64,000 nucleotides of DNA, from assembly GCA_958296135.2 (NCBI GenBank), contig CATQHZ020000001.1, positions 4,256,001-4,320,000 on the forward strand, given 5' to 3'. The notes beneath the pieces were generated by a model. It was given only the letters and a program-made list of their open reading frames with translations, searched no databases and was not told where the DNA came from. Below, piece by piece: positions 48,111-57,431 of this stretch. The stretch is from an uncultured Poribacteria bacterium (GTDB lineage: Bacteria; Poribacteria; WGA-4E; WGA-3G). A program made the translations under genes and the position numbers. Each line of letters opens with the position of its first letter. Positions within the stretch are counted from its first letter, which is position 1.

Positions 48111-50078
48111 ATGTACCGATTCAGTATCTGGAAAATTGTTTTAATCCTCGGGGTCTTGCTGTTTTCAGCCCTATACCTTATTCCTACCCCGGACCGCTTC
48201 TACAACCCGTTATACGGCAATCTTCCGCTTTGGATGCAGGAGAAGCTGCCCCGTTTTGAGGTGAGCGAAGAAGACGAAAGACGCGCGCTGAAGGTGAGCC
48301 TCGCGGACGTTGACTACCCCGAAGGCATCAACTTCCAAGACGCAACACAAGAACTGCAGGATGTCTTCCGCGTCCACCTCCGAAAACTCGGACTTGAAGA
48401 GACAGCCGATTATCAGTTTGATACCACCGAGGCACGCGACTTCTACGTCCTGCTGACTTCGGAGAAGGCACGCCAAAATCCGAGCGCAACCCTGGAAAAT
48501 CTGCAGCTCTACGGAAGCCTCCCGGTAACTCTTCGCCGGCTCATCCCGAATAACCGACTCAAACTCGGACTCGACTTGCGCGGCGGTGTCCATCTCGTGC
48601 TTGAAGTCGACCTGGAAGCCTCAAAAACGGAACTCCTCCGGGAAAACCGTCTATCCATTCCCGATAGACTCAGAACCGAGGACGTTTTATGTCGAGAGGT
48701 GAAACAGGTAGACGCACAGGAGGCACTCAACGTGTTTATCGGTATTCCCTCACGGCTCCGGGCGGATGCAGCGGAAAAGCAGACGTATCTGGAGAAGGCG
48801 CGCGACCTCCTGAACGAACTCGAGTTTTTTGAAGACGTGCAGACTATCGCCGAAACCGAGACGCAGACTACCTATCAGCTGCGCCTCAGCCAGAGCGGCA
48901 TTCAGAAATACAGCGACCAGGCGATTCAGCAGGTGTTGATTGTGCTGCGCAATCGTGTCGATGCATTCGGGGTATCAGAACCTTCCATCCGGCAGGAGGC
49001 GAATAAACCGCGAATCATCGTCGAACTGCCCGGCGCGAAGGACTCCTCAAAGCCGCTTGAAATCGTCAAGGACATGGGACGGTTGGAGTTTAAATTAGTT
49101 GAGAAATCGCCAGCCGGCGGGAATTTGTGGCGCGGCTCTGGCGATACGCCGCCACCCGATACTATCCCCGACAGCACCGAAATCCGCTATCACTATGAAA
49201 CGGGTGACTGGTATGTGCTGCAAAGCCCCGTCCTCCTGAGCGGGGACCGCATCGTCAACGCCGGTCCCTCCACCGGCAGAACGAGTTTTGACATTGTCGT
49301 CTCCATGAGTTTCGATGGCAGCGGCAGAACTACGTTTGCCAAAGTCACAGGCGATAATATCGGCAGACATCTGGCGATTCTGCTTGATGGCAAGGTGCAA
49401 TCCGCACCCGTTATCAATGACCAGATCCTCGGCAACGCGATTATTGAGGGAAACTTCTCTTTTGAGGAAGCAAACTATCTGTCCAACATTCTCAAGGCGG
49501 GGGCGTTCCCGGTAGGTGTCCAGATCGCCGAAGAACGAACGGTAGGACCGACTTTGGGACAGGAGTCCATTGACAATGGCGTTACGGCGGCACTCATCGG
49601 TATGGTAGGTGTTGTCGTCTTTATGCTCGTCTATTATCGGCTTTCCGGGACGATTGCTATCATCGCGCTTGTGTTTAATATGTTGATTATCCTCGGGGCG
49701 TTGGCGGGCTTCGGCGCGGCCTTGACGCTACCCGGCATCGCGGGATTGGTGCTGACTATCGGTATGTCTGTTGACGCGAATGTGCTTATCTTTGAGCGGA
49801 TTCGCGAGGAATTGCGCGCGAGAACTTCCGGCACCGGCGGTGTCTGGCCGGCGATTGAGGGCGGTTATCAACGCGCCTTTATTACTATTTTGGATGCGAA
49901 TCTGACGACGCTTTTCACCGCGCTTGTCCTCTATCAATTCGGGACCGGGCCGATTAAAGGGTTCGCGGTGACGCTCGGTATCGGCATCCTCGCTAGTATG
50001 TTCACGGCGATTATCGTCACGCGGGAAATATACGGCCTGGTCATCGGCAACCGGGACATGAAGAAGCTGAGCATTTAA
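48111..50078 (+). CDS. secD: Protein translocase subunit SecD
   Basis: LGLDLRGG, GVSEP, VGPTLG, VDANVLIFERIREE and GPIKGFA motifs. Confidence 0.96.
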   Translation: MYRFSIWKIVLILGVLLFSALYLIPTPDRFYNPLYGNLPLWMQEKLPRFEVSEEDERRALKVSLADVDYPEGINFQDATQELQDVFRVHLRKLGLEETADYQFDTTEARDFYVLLTSEKARQNPSATLENLQLYGSLPVTLRRLIPNNRLKLGLDLRGGVHLVLEVDLEASKTELLRENRLSIPDRLRTEDVLCREVKQVDAQEALNVFIGIPSRLRADAAEKQTYLEKARDLLNELEFFEDVQTIAETETQTTYQLRLSQSGIQKYSDQAIQQVLIVLRNRVDAFGVSEPSIRQEANKPRIIVELPGAKDSSKPLEIVKDMGRLEFKLVEKSPAGGNLWRGSGDTPPPDTIPDSTEIRYHYETGDWYVLQSPVLLSGDRIVNAGPSTGRTSFDIVVSMSFDGSGRTTFAKVTGDNIGRHLAILLDGKVQSAPVINDQILGNAIIEGNFSFEEANYLSNILKAGAFPVGVQIAEERTVGPTLGQESIDNGVTAALIGMVGVVVFMLVYYRLSGTIAIIALVFNMLIILGALAGFGAALTLPGIAGLVLTIGMSVDANVLIFERIREELRARTSGTGGVWPAIEGGYQRAFITILDANLTTLFTALVLYQFGTGPIKGFAVTLGIGILASMFTAIIVTREIYGLVIGNRDMKKLSI

Positions 50079-50084
50079 AGGCTG

Positions 50085-50184
50085 GCGCGGGACAGTGGAC
50101 ATCTCTGCAGCAAGGCTGCAGAGATGATAGCGTTAAAGTAAGGTAGTTTGCTGTAGGCGTGTCCGTGACGGCCCGCGCGCTACG
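50085..50184. mobile_element. REP with nested hairpin insert between secD and secF
   Basis: GGGACAG|TGGACATCTCTGCAGC...CGTGACG|GCCC. Confidence 0.75.
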
Positions 50185-50217
50185 AGCCAAAGGCCGCACG
50201 CGGAAAGGATAAACATT

Positions 50218-51132
50218 TTGGAATTATTAAGAAATACGAAATTCGATTTTATCAACAAACACCGCACTGGATTTATCATCTCCGCGGTGATAATCGTCAT
50301 CGGTTTGGTATTCCTCACCATCAACGGAGGCCCGCATTTCGGCATCGACTTCCGGGGCGGCGTGAAAATCCAAGCCAAATTTAACCGGATGGTCACCGAA
50401 GCAGAGTTGCAAGCGAAGTTGTCCGAATTGGGCTACACGCGCGCCTCGATTCAGTTGGACCCGGCCCAAAACGAAGCCTCTATCTCCATGGGGTATCGGC
50501 CTGAAGCAGGGGGCAGCGTCGGCAGGAGCCTCAACGACGCGCTCTTAGCCGGCGGAGACGGATGGCACGCGATGCCTGAAGGTGTCAGCGTTTCCGAGGT
50601 AGGCCCCAGCGTCGGCCAAGACCTGAAGTGGGCGGCACTCTGGTCTGTCCTCTGGTCCATCGTGATTTTACTCGTCTATATTTCGTGGCGATTTGAGTTC
50701 CGTTTCGCCATCGGCGCGATTGCTGCACTCGTCCACGATGTGCTGATTACGCTCGGCATCTTCGCCGTGCTGGCAAAGGAGATTAACCTCCCCACCGTGG
50801 CGGCGTTCCTAACGATTATCGGGTATTCGCTCAACGATACCATCGTCGTGTTCGACCGGATTCGAGAAAATACGCAGACACTGCGCGGCACGGACTACCT
50901 TGAGGTGCTGAACCGCAGCATCAACCAATCGCTGAGCCGCACCGTGATTACCTCGTTGACGACGCTGTTCGTCGTGTTAGTCATCTTCTTCCTCTCTAGC
51001 GCGGGCGCGGAAATTAATACGTTTGCGTTGGCACTCATCGTCGGCGTGGTGGTGGGGACGTATTCGTCTGTCTTCATCGCGAGCCCGATTCTGTATATCT
51101 GGCATCAGCGTCAGCGAGAAGCGGAGGTTTAG
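50218..51132 (+). CDS. secF: Protein translocase subunit SecF
   Basis: GIDFRGG, GYSLNDTIVVFDRIRE and GTYSS motifs. Confidence 0.96.
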   Translation: MELLRNTKFDFINKHRTGFIISAVIIVIGLVFLTINGGPHFGIDFRGGVKIQAKFNRMVTEAELQAKLSELGYTRASIQLDPAQNEASISMGYRPEAGGSVGRSLNDALLAGGDGWHAMPEGVSVSEVGPSVGQDLKWAALWSVLWSIVILLVYISWRFEFRFAIGAIAALVHDVLITLGIFAVLAKEINLPTVAAFLTIIGYSLNDTIVVFDRIRENTQTLRGTDYLEVLNRSINQSLSRTVITSLTTLFVVLVIFFLSSAGAEINTFALALIVGVVVGTYSSVFIASPILYIWHQRQREAEV

Positions 51133-51135
51133 GTT

Positions 51136-51738
51136 ATGAAGATTTTGGTGATTAGCCCTTGCTCAGGGGCGCAAAAAATTGCCGCCGCGCCAGCGGCTGA
51201 ATTGTATATTGGGACCGAACACCGGTCGGTGATGCAAGGCGTAAAAGCGGTCCGGCAGAATTATGGAGAGGAAGCCATTGATTTACGGCTTCTTTCAACA
51301 AAACATGGGCTGCTTGAAGAAACCGATGTTATTGACCCATACGATGTTCCTGTCATAGATAGTTCTATTTCTTGCGGACTTCGCGAAGAGATAGTGAGTT
51401 TAACGGCAGATTACGACCTTGTTTTCTTCCTATTAGGATGGAAACACTATAGGAAACTACGACTTGATTGGCACATCAGAGGAGGTTCTGAGGAAAGCGT
51501 CACTCGGATTTTCTTAGTCGCTGGAGCTGCCCGACGTTACACTCCTGATGTCCTCGGTCGTGTGGTCATGGATCGTCCTGAAATTAAGGAATTCAGTGGG
51601 TCACGCTTCTTCAAGGGACGAGTGTTCCAAAATTTGTGCAAGACGGTCTGTCGAAAAGGGTTCAGCGTCTTTGAGGATGTCAAACGAAACCCAAAGCAGA
51701 TAATTGCGCTTGCTCGCGAGTCATTAACGGAAGCATAG
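51136..51738 (+). CDS. DUF6884-like protein, paralog 1
   Basis: C...K...PA..LY.G and LS.KHGL....ID.YD pattern. Confidence 0.65.
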   Translation: MKILVISPCSGAQKIAAAPAAELYIGTEHRSVMQGVKAVRQNYGEEAIDLRLLSTKHGLLEETDVIDPYDVPVIDSSISCGLREEIVSLTADYDLVFFLLGWKHYRKLRLDWHIRGGSEESVTRIFLVAGAARRYTPDVLGRVVMDRPEIKEFSGSRFFKGRVFQNLCKTVCRKGFSVFEDVKRNPKQIIALARESLTEA

Positions 51739-51742
51739 TCCC

Positions 51743-52396
51743 GTGAAAACCTTGGTAATCAGTTCCTGCACGAGCAAGAAACTGAATCACAACGCTCCCG
51801 CCGCCGAGATGTATACCGGCCAACAACATACGCTGTTGATGGAAGGGGTAAACCAAGTCCGAACGCGCTACGGGCAATCAGCCCTCGATCTGGCTATCAT
51901 TTCGGCGGAGTATGGCCTGCTCAACGAACGCGACGTAATCTCGCCTTACAACGTCACCTTTCAAGGGATGAAGAAGGCGGAAATTTTGGAGAAGAGTCGT
52001 CGTCTGCAACTTCATGAACGGGTGACGGAGTTAATCGCGCGGTATGATACGGTTTTCTTTCTGTTAGGGAAAGAATATGTTCAGGCACTTCAACTCCCCT
52101 TGGGGGAATCGGGACCGGGAGAACCCGCCTACCGCCGGGGAGGAGTCCCGGAGTCTGTTACCCAGATTTTCCTGCTCGGCGCGAGTTATCGCAGGCTCAT
52201 TCCTGATGCGCCGAATGTCCATTTCGTTCCTGCAGGGAGTGCGTTGTCGCAGACACTTGGAGTCATGGGAGTTGCGTTGAAAGGGTTCGTGTTCAAAAAG
52301 ATGTGCGAGGCTGTCTGTCGTGAAGGGCTCAATCTCTTTGAAGACATCAGACGAAATCCACAGATGGTCCGCGACATTGCCATGGAGAGCCAATAA
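51743..52396 (+). CDS. DUF6884-like protein, paralog 2 (in-frame REP)
   Basis: SCTSKK...PAAEMYTG, ISAEYGL, PYNVTF and LG.EY motifs. Confidence 0.7.
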   Translation: MKTLVISSCTSKKLNHNAPAAEMYTGQQHTLLMEGVNQVRTRYGQSALDLAIISAEYGLLNERDVISPYNVTFQGMKKAEILEKSRRLQLHERVTELIARYDTVFFLLGKEYVQALQLPLGESGPGEPAYRRGGVPESVTQIFLLGASYRRLIPDAPNVHFVPAGSALSQTLGVMGVALKGFVFKKMCEAVCREGLNLFEDIRRNPQMVRDIAMESQ

Positions 52397-52533
52397 TACT
52401 AAATGAATCAAAGTAGTTTGGGCTCGCCTGAGCTGAAACAGGACAAGAGCCAGCGAACTCATCTCCACCTAACGGGATGCTGTTACGTCTCGGCCCGGCG
52501 AGCCCTACGGTAAATTAACGGTGTAATTCAAAG

Positions 52534-53913
52534 ATGCATCTTCCAACACCTATTCCCAACGATACGCCACGGCGCATTATCGGGCGCTCGGCACCGATGC
52601 AGGAGGTCCTTCGCCTTGTGCGGCAGGTTGCGCCGACAAACGCCACGGTGCTCATCACCGGTGAGACAGGGGTGGGCAAAGATGTCATCGCGCAAGCTAT
52701 CCATGAGCGCAGCCCGCGGAAAACCGGACCGTTCAAGGCTGTCAACTGCGGTGTGTTTCACGGCGAGCTGTTGCAAAGCGAGCTTTTCGGACATGAGAAA
52801 GGCGCGTTTACCGATGCCGCCACCCTCCGCCGCGGCGTGTTTGAACAAGCACACACCGGCACGCTGTTCCTCGATGAAGTCGGCGAGATGTCGCCTAAAA
52901 CGCAAGTGGAGTTCCTCCGCGTGCTAGAGACGCGCGAATTTACGCGCCTCGGCGGCGAAAAAAACATTCACGTGGATGTCCGAATTATCGCTGCTACCAA
53001 CGTTGAACTCGGCACATCCGTGCAGCGGAAAACCTTCCGGCAAGACCTTTACTACCGTCTCAACCTCTTTCGCATCCATATCCCACCGTTGCGTGAGCGT
53101 CGCGAGGATATCCCGCTCTTCGTCCACGCGTTCATCGCTGAATTGAGTGCCGAACACGGGAAACCGGTTACCGGTATTACGCCGGCGACACTCGCCTATC
53201 TTGAACAGGCGGACTGGCCAGGCAACGTGCGGGAGCTCCGAAATGCCGTTGAAAGTGCTATCATTGTCGCCGCATCGGACGAATTGGAACGCCGCGATTT
53301 TCCGCTTGATTCGGTGCCTGCGCCGGTCGCTGTGCTGCCCACATTACACACCAATGCCCTGGCACCTGTTGCTGCCGAGCCGCTCGAAAACGTGGCGATT
53401 TACAAGACAATTCTCGGACTGATTTTCGCTGCGCTGCGCTTGCTTGGAGACGATGCTTCCAGCCTCATGCCGGGGAGGAATGAACTGCAGATAGCGATTC
53501 CTGATGAGGATACCAGTTGGCTGCAAATCGCTGATGATGTGGATGCATCGGTTATCCTGCAGAAGGCGTTAGCGGTGCTTTCAACCGTCGCCAAACAAAT
53601 GGAGGAAACGCCTTTGCCGCTGCCTGTACCGGTTGCGGAAGTTCAAGACCGGGAGGGCGCGCCTATTGGCATTCGGGACCGGGAGAACCCGCCGACAGGG
53701 GTTCTTGATGTGGCAATCGTTCCAACGGCGTTTGACGAAGATACCATCGGCAAAGTCGGTATGACGATGGCAGAGATTGAGAAGGCTGCTATCCAAAAGA
53801 CGCTTGTGGAGGCAGACGGAAATAAGACGGAGGCGGCGAAGATTCTGGACATCGGCGTGCGAACGTTGCATCGGAAATTGGAGGCGTATCGGCAGGATGA
53901 GCAGGATGGCTAG
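52534..53913 (+). CDS. Sigma54-interacting-type AAA+ transcriptional regulator with Fis-type HTH and no N-terminal sensor domain
   Basis: GETGVGK, GAFTDA, LFLDE, DLYYRL and WPGNVREL motifs; C-terminal HTH. Confidence 0.92.
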   Translation: MHLPTPIPNDTPRRIIGRSAPMQEVLRLVRQVAPTNATVLITGETGVGKDVIAQAIHERSPRKTGPFKAVNCGVFHGELLQSELFGHEKGAFTDAATLRRGVFEQAHTGTLFLDEVGEMSPKTQVEFLRVLETREFTRLGGEKNIHVDVRIIAATNVELGTSVQRKTFRQDLYYRLNLFRIHIPPLRERREDIPLFVHAFIAELSAEHGKPVTGITPATLAYLEQADWPGNVRELRNAVESAIIVAASDELERRDFPLDSVPAPVAVLPTLHTNALAPVAAEPLENVAIYKTILGLIFAALRLLGDDASSLMPGRNELQIAIPDEDTSWLQIADDVDASVILQKALAVLSTVAKQMEETPLPLPVPVAEVQDREGAPIGIRDRENPPTGVLDVAIVPTAFDEDTIGKVGMTMAEIEKAAIQKTLVEADGNKTEAAKILDIGVRTLHRKLEAYRQDEQDG

Positions 53914-53951
53914 CGCGCGAGGGACAGGCAACACCTCCTATCCCCGGCGGG

Positions 53952-56666
53952 TTATTCCTCTACCGTGCTGTAGTAAATCGCATTGAAGAGCAGCTTAAAT
54001 GTGCCGTGCGATTGCCCCCGATGCTGCGGTTTGAATCCAAAGAGAACCACACGTCCTGCGCCGAGGGAAGTTTCTAATAACGCGCCTTTCTGGCGGATGC
54101 GCTTTTCTCCCTCAAGCCACCCGCTCATCAACGGATTAAACGCCGGATACGTCGCGATAACTGCACCGCCGCGCGTGGCATCAAAAACAGGCCCCGATTT
54201 GAAAAAGAGTGCCATCTCCGGTGCTAACCCATACCCAATCGGGTGCTTCGTCTCTATCCGTGCGCGCAACAACGAACCGGGACAGAAAAATACCGCGTCA
54301 GTCGCTTGATTTGTTTTTTTTACCACATTGACGATGCCTCGCTCACTGAGCCCAAAGTATGCCAACGGCAGTTCTGTCGCGCGGTTGAGGCAGATGAGAC
54401 TGCCTCCCTCTTCCACGAACGTGTGCAAATTCGCCAGTCCCTCCGTGCCAATCCCCCCGACATATTCCGGCGGCAACGCGCCTATCGGATGCCCGTTGAG
54501 AATAGCAGCAGCTCCCATGTCCGGCAAAATAATTGCATCGTATCGCGATGCCAACTCGCCCGCGCGGATTTCCGCATTCGTGAGGCTATAATAGACGCAT
54601 TCGTGCGTATCCAACACCCACCGCGTCCATCCTTCGTCCATGTTTGCTGTCCACGGTTTGTAGAGCCCAACGCGGGGAGGTGTCAGTTGTGAGAACGTCC
54701 GGGTGAAAGTTTCGTCGTCAAGCGCGGCATTTGCGTAAATCTGGATGCCAAATTCCTCCGCCAACGCCTGTATCTCTTCAATTTCTAGCGATGCCTGTCC
54801 TTGCTCCGTAGTGCGAGGGCCTGTCCCTCGCAAACGTGCCGCATCAGAAACCGTTCGAGGCGTTGCTATCCTTACCAAAATCGAGCCACGCGCAAACTCT
54901 TTCCCTTGCACCTCAAGTTCACGTCTTGCCCAATACATTTGATATCGCGGGGCACCGTCCGCCAATTTCGCGTTAAACAGGCGATTGAGGACAATAGCCT
55001 CCACGTTCGATCGGTTTTCAAACAGATACCCGGTTGGCTCCGGCACGCGGTGCAACTTTCCCTGCACCGTTGGAAGTGTCTCAACCCGCGTCACATCCGC
55101 CTCAAACGGATGCACCACCGTCACCGTGCGGACACCCATTTGTAACGGCAGCGTCCATCCGGCGATGTCGTAAGGACGCTCGGGCGGCGATTGCGGCGAA
55201 GGCCGGCGTTCCGGATACTGCTGCACCTCCAATAAATCCTTCGCGTGCGCGCGAAAGGGTTGCGACATCAAAACGACGTAAGTTCCTAGCGGATATTCCA
55301 CGCCATCCGCCGTAAACGGCGCGTTCGCCTGATGGATTTCAACACCGCCGCGCTGGAGGATGTCCAACATCTTGCGCGCGGTGTGCCAGTCGCGTTGCTG
55401 CATGGGGATGAGGAAGGCGCGCGGCGGTTCATTTTTGCCCTTCTCTATCGCTTGCAGCCCCATCTGGTAAAAGTTCCTCTTCAGCGTTACCCGATGCTGC
55501 GCGGCAAATGTGAGAATAGAACGCGCCGCTGCCAATTCATAGTCAACGATGTCTCGCAGCCGCCACCATCCCCCCGGCCACGGTTCAGGGAAATTGGTTC
55601 GGAGGGCGTATTTATCCAAGCCGCGCCGATACCCTTTGAGCGTTCCGTGCGGTTGGAAAATCGGGGTGGCAATTTTGACGCGCGCCGCCTCCGTCAAAAT
55701 CCCCACCATGTTATGCCGATACGGCACGGTGCGAAAGCCGCCGTGCCACCACGTATCGTAGACTGCACTTGAAAGCACGCCGGTGAAACCTTGCGAAGTG
55801 AAATCAAAGGCGAGTTGCGCGCCGATGAGCGATAACGTCCGTTGTAACAGCGGCGGGATATTCGGATTCACCGGCTCAAAATAGGGCGGAATCACGAACC
55901 GCGGTCCGCGATAACTCATCTCATGCACATCGTAGACGACTTCCGGAAACCATTCCTCATAAAGCACGCGCGTGAGCAGCTGCGTCTCAACCTGCGTCAA
56001 CATGAACCAATCGCGGTTGTTATCGTGTCCCGTGTATTTCTGATACAGCCACGGCAGTTCTGCGCCTTCATACGGCGTGCCAACTGTGCGCTGATACCAC
56101 TCCACGACAATGTTCAACCCATCAGGGTTTGCCGAAGGAATGAGCAGCACGATGACGTTCTCGAGAATCGCCTGCATTTCGGGAGTCTCCGCCATGGCGA
56201 ATTGATAGGCGAGCTCCATCGACATCTGCGATGAGGCAATCTCGGTGGAATGCAAATTGCAGTTGACCAGGGCGACAGTCTTGCCTTCCTCACAGAAGGT
56301 ATCTAACGTATCACGTCTGTCTGCATCGGGATAAGCGAGTTGCCGCTGGATGGCCTTGTAGCGCGCCAGATTCGCCAAATTCTCCGGCGCAGAGATAAGC
56401 AGCATCACAAAATCGTCGCCTTCTGTCGTCTTACCGAGGACTTCCAGTTGCACCCGGTCTGACGTGTCCGCGACGTGCCGTAGGTAGTTAGAAACGGCTG
56501 TCCATCCGGCGACTTTGTAATCCGCGCCGACTTGAAATCCGAGTGCTTCTTCGGGGGGCATCGGCTGCGCAGCGAGGGGCGAGATGGGTATCCAAAAAGC
56601 GAGCAGTAGCAAGGATATCCAATTGTAGTGAACGCTATCAAACCTTTTCATCAGCGATTTCTCCAT
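53952..56666 (-). CDS. Secreted M14 family zinc carboxypeptidase-like protein
   Basis: HSTE, NPDG, DNNRD, DVHEM and PYD.AGWTLP motifs; start approximate. Confidence 0.88.
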   Translation of the reverse strand: MEKSLMKRFDSVHYNWISLLLLAFWIPISPLAAQPMPPEEALGFQVGADYKVAGWTAVSNYLRHVADTSDRVQLEVLGKTTEGDDFVMLLISAPENLANLARYKAIQRQLAYPDADRRDTLDTFCEEGKTVALVNCNLHSTEIASSQMSMELAYQFAMAETPEMQAILENVIVLLIPSANPDGLNIVVEWYQRTVGTPYEGAELPWLYQKYTGHDNNRDWFMLTQVETQLLTRVLYEEWFPEVVYDVHEMSYRGPRFVIPPYFEPVNPNIPPLLQRTLSLIGAQLAFDFTSQGFTGVLSSAVYDTWWHGGFRTVPYRHNMVGILTEAARVKIATPIFQPHGTLKGYRRGLDKYALRTNFPEPWPGGWWRLRDIVDYELAAARSILTFAAQHRVTLKRNFYQMGLQAIEKGKNEPPRAFLIPMQQRDWHTARKMLDILQRGGVEIHQANAPFTADGVEYPLGTYVVLMSQPFRAHAKDLLEVQQYPERRPSPQSPPERPYDIAGWTLPLQMGVRTVTVVHPFEADVTRVETLPTVQGKLHRVPEPTGYLFENRSNVEAIVLNRLFNAKLADGAPRYQMYWARRELEVQGKEFARGSILVRIATPRTVSDAARLRGTGPRTTEQGQASLEIEEIQALAEEFGIQIYANAALDDETFTRTFSQLTPPRVGLYKPWTANMDEGWTRWVLDTHECVYYSLTNAEIRAGELASRYDAIILPDMGAAAILNGHPIGALPPEYVGGIGTEGLANLHTFVEEGGSLICLNRATELPLAYFGLSERGIVNVVKKTNQATDAVFFCPGSLLRARIETKHPIGYGLAPEMALFFKSGPVFDATRGGAVIATYPAFNPLMSGWLEGEKRIRQKGALLETSLGAGRVVLFGFKPQHRGQSHGTFKLLFNAIYYSTVEE

Positions 56667-56830
56667 TTGCATCATTTTTGCCCGGTGGGCGCGGTTTGAT
56701 GTCCCGCAGTTCCGTAGGGCGAGGGCTGTCCCTCGTCGAGCCATGGCGTACGCGGGGGACAGGCCCCCGCGCTACGTTCCAAGGGGGTTTTGATCTTCAT
56801 CCGAGGGCGATTTCATTGAAAGATAGTCAG

Positions 56831-56859
56831 AGTCTAACATAAATCACGCGAGATGTCAA
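56831..56859 (-). promoter_or_regulatory. Sigma70-type promoter for the M14 peptidase
   Basis: TTGACA-17 bp-TAGACT on the minus strand. Confidence 0.6.
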
Positions 56860-56939
56860 CATCACAATTGGCATGCATCGGACGATTTAGTTCTTGAATG
56901 AACGGTAAGGGCGGATGTCCCTATCCGCCCGTTCGATTT

Positions 56940-57058
56940 CGGTGAGAAAAGGCTGGACTTCAGACGCATCTTCAACTCAAAGAGGTAGCGTGCCCATCGC
57001 TGGTGCTAACCGAGCCACTCGGCAGCCTCGCCCATCTTAACTCTTATGTTTTGCATAT
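56940..57058 (-). ncRNA. Candidate structured small RNA
   Basis: Own minus-strand promoter (TTGCAG-17 bp-TATAAT, ~57065-57093); closing stem plus internal hairpins; no convincing ORF. Confidence 0.3.
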
Positions 57059-57431
57059 ATCTACATTATACCCCATTTTTAGAGAGACTGCAAATAAAAA
57101 GTGCAGTTCATACAGATTATTACGGAGTTAATCATAAGTGTCTAGGTTCTTGCGCCCTGCACCGAGCCCCTTGTTGCCGAACCAAGCGTTCCTTCAGACC
57201 TGGAATTCCCCATTCAAACAACATCGATAAAAAATCTTTCCTTGACAATTTCTCCACGTTATGATATTTTATACAGAAGGTTTTTGGGACATGCATCCCC
57301 AGAACATCTAAACACGCGCTCAAGGAGGAAAATAGGACGGACGCAAGGGCTATCAGCTGCCACCGGTAGGCTCGGTTTGAAACCCCGTCTACGGCGTTGA
57401 GTCTGCGTTCGTGCTAGAAAAGAGAAACTGA

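Noticed and set aside
56940-57035. tRNA, tRNA-Sec or fluoride riboswitch
   Set aside because: Resemblance is only partial: no T-loop GTTCRA, no proper anticodon stem, and imperfect pseudoknot pairing. Kept only as an unassigned candidate RNA.
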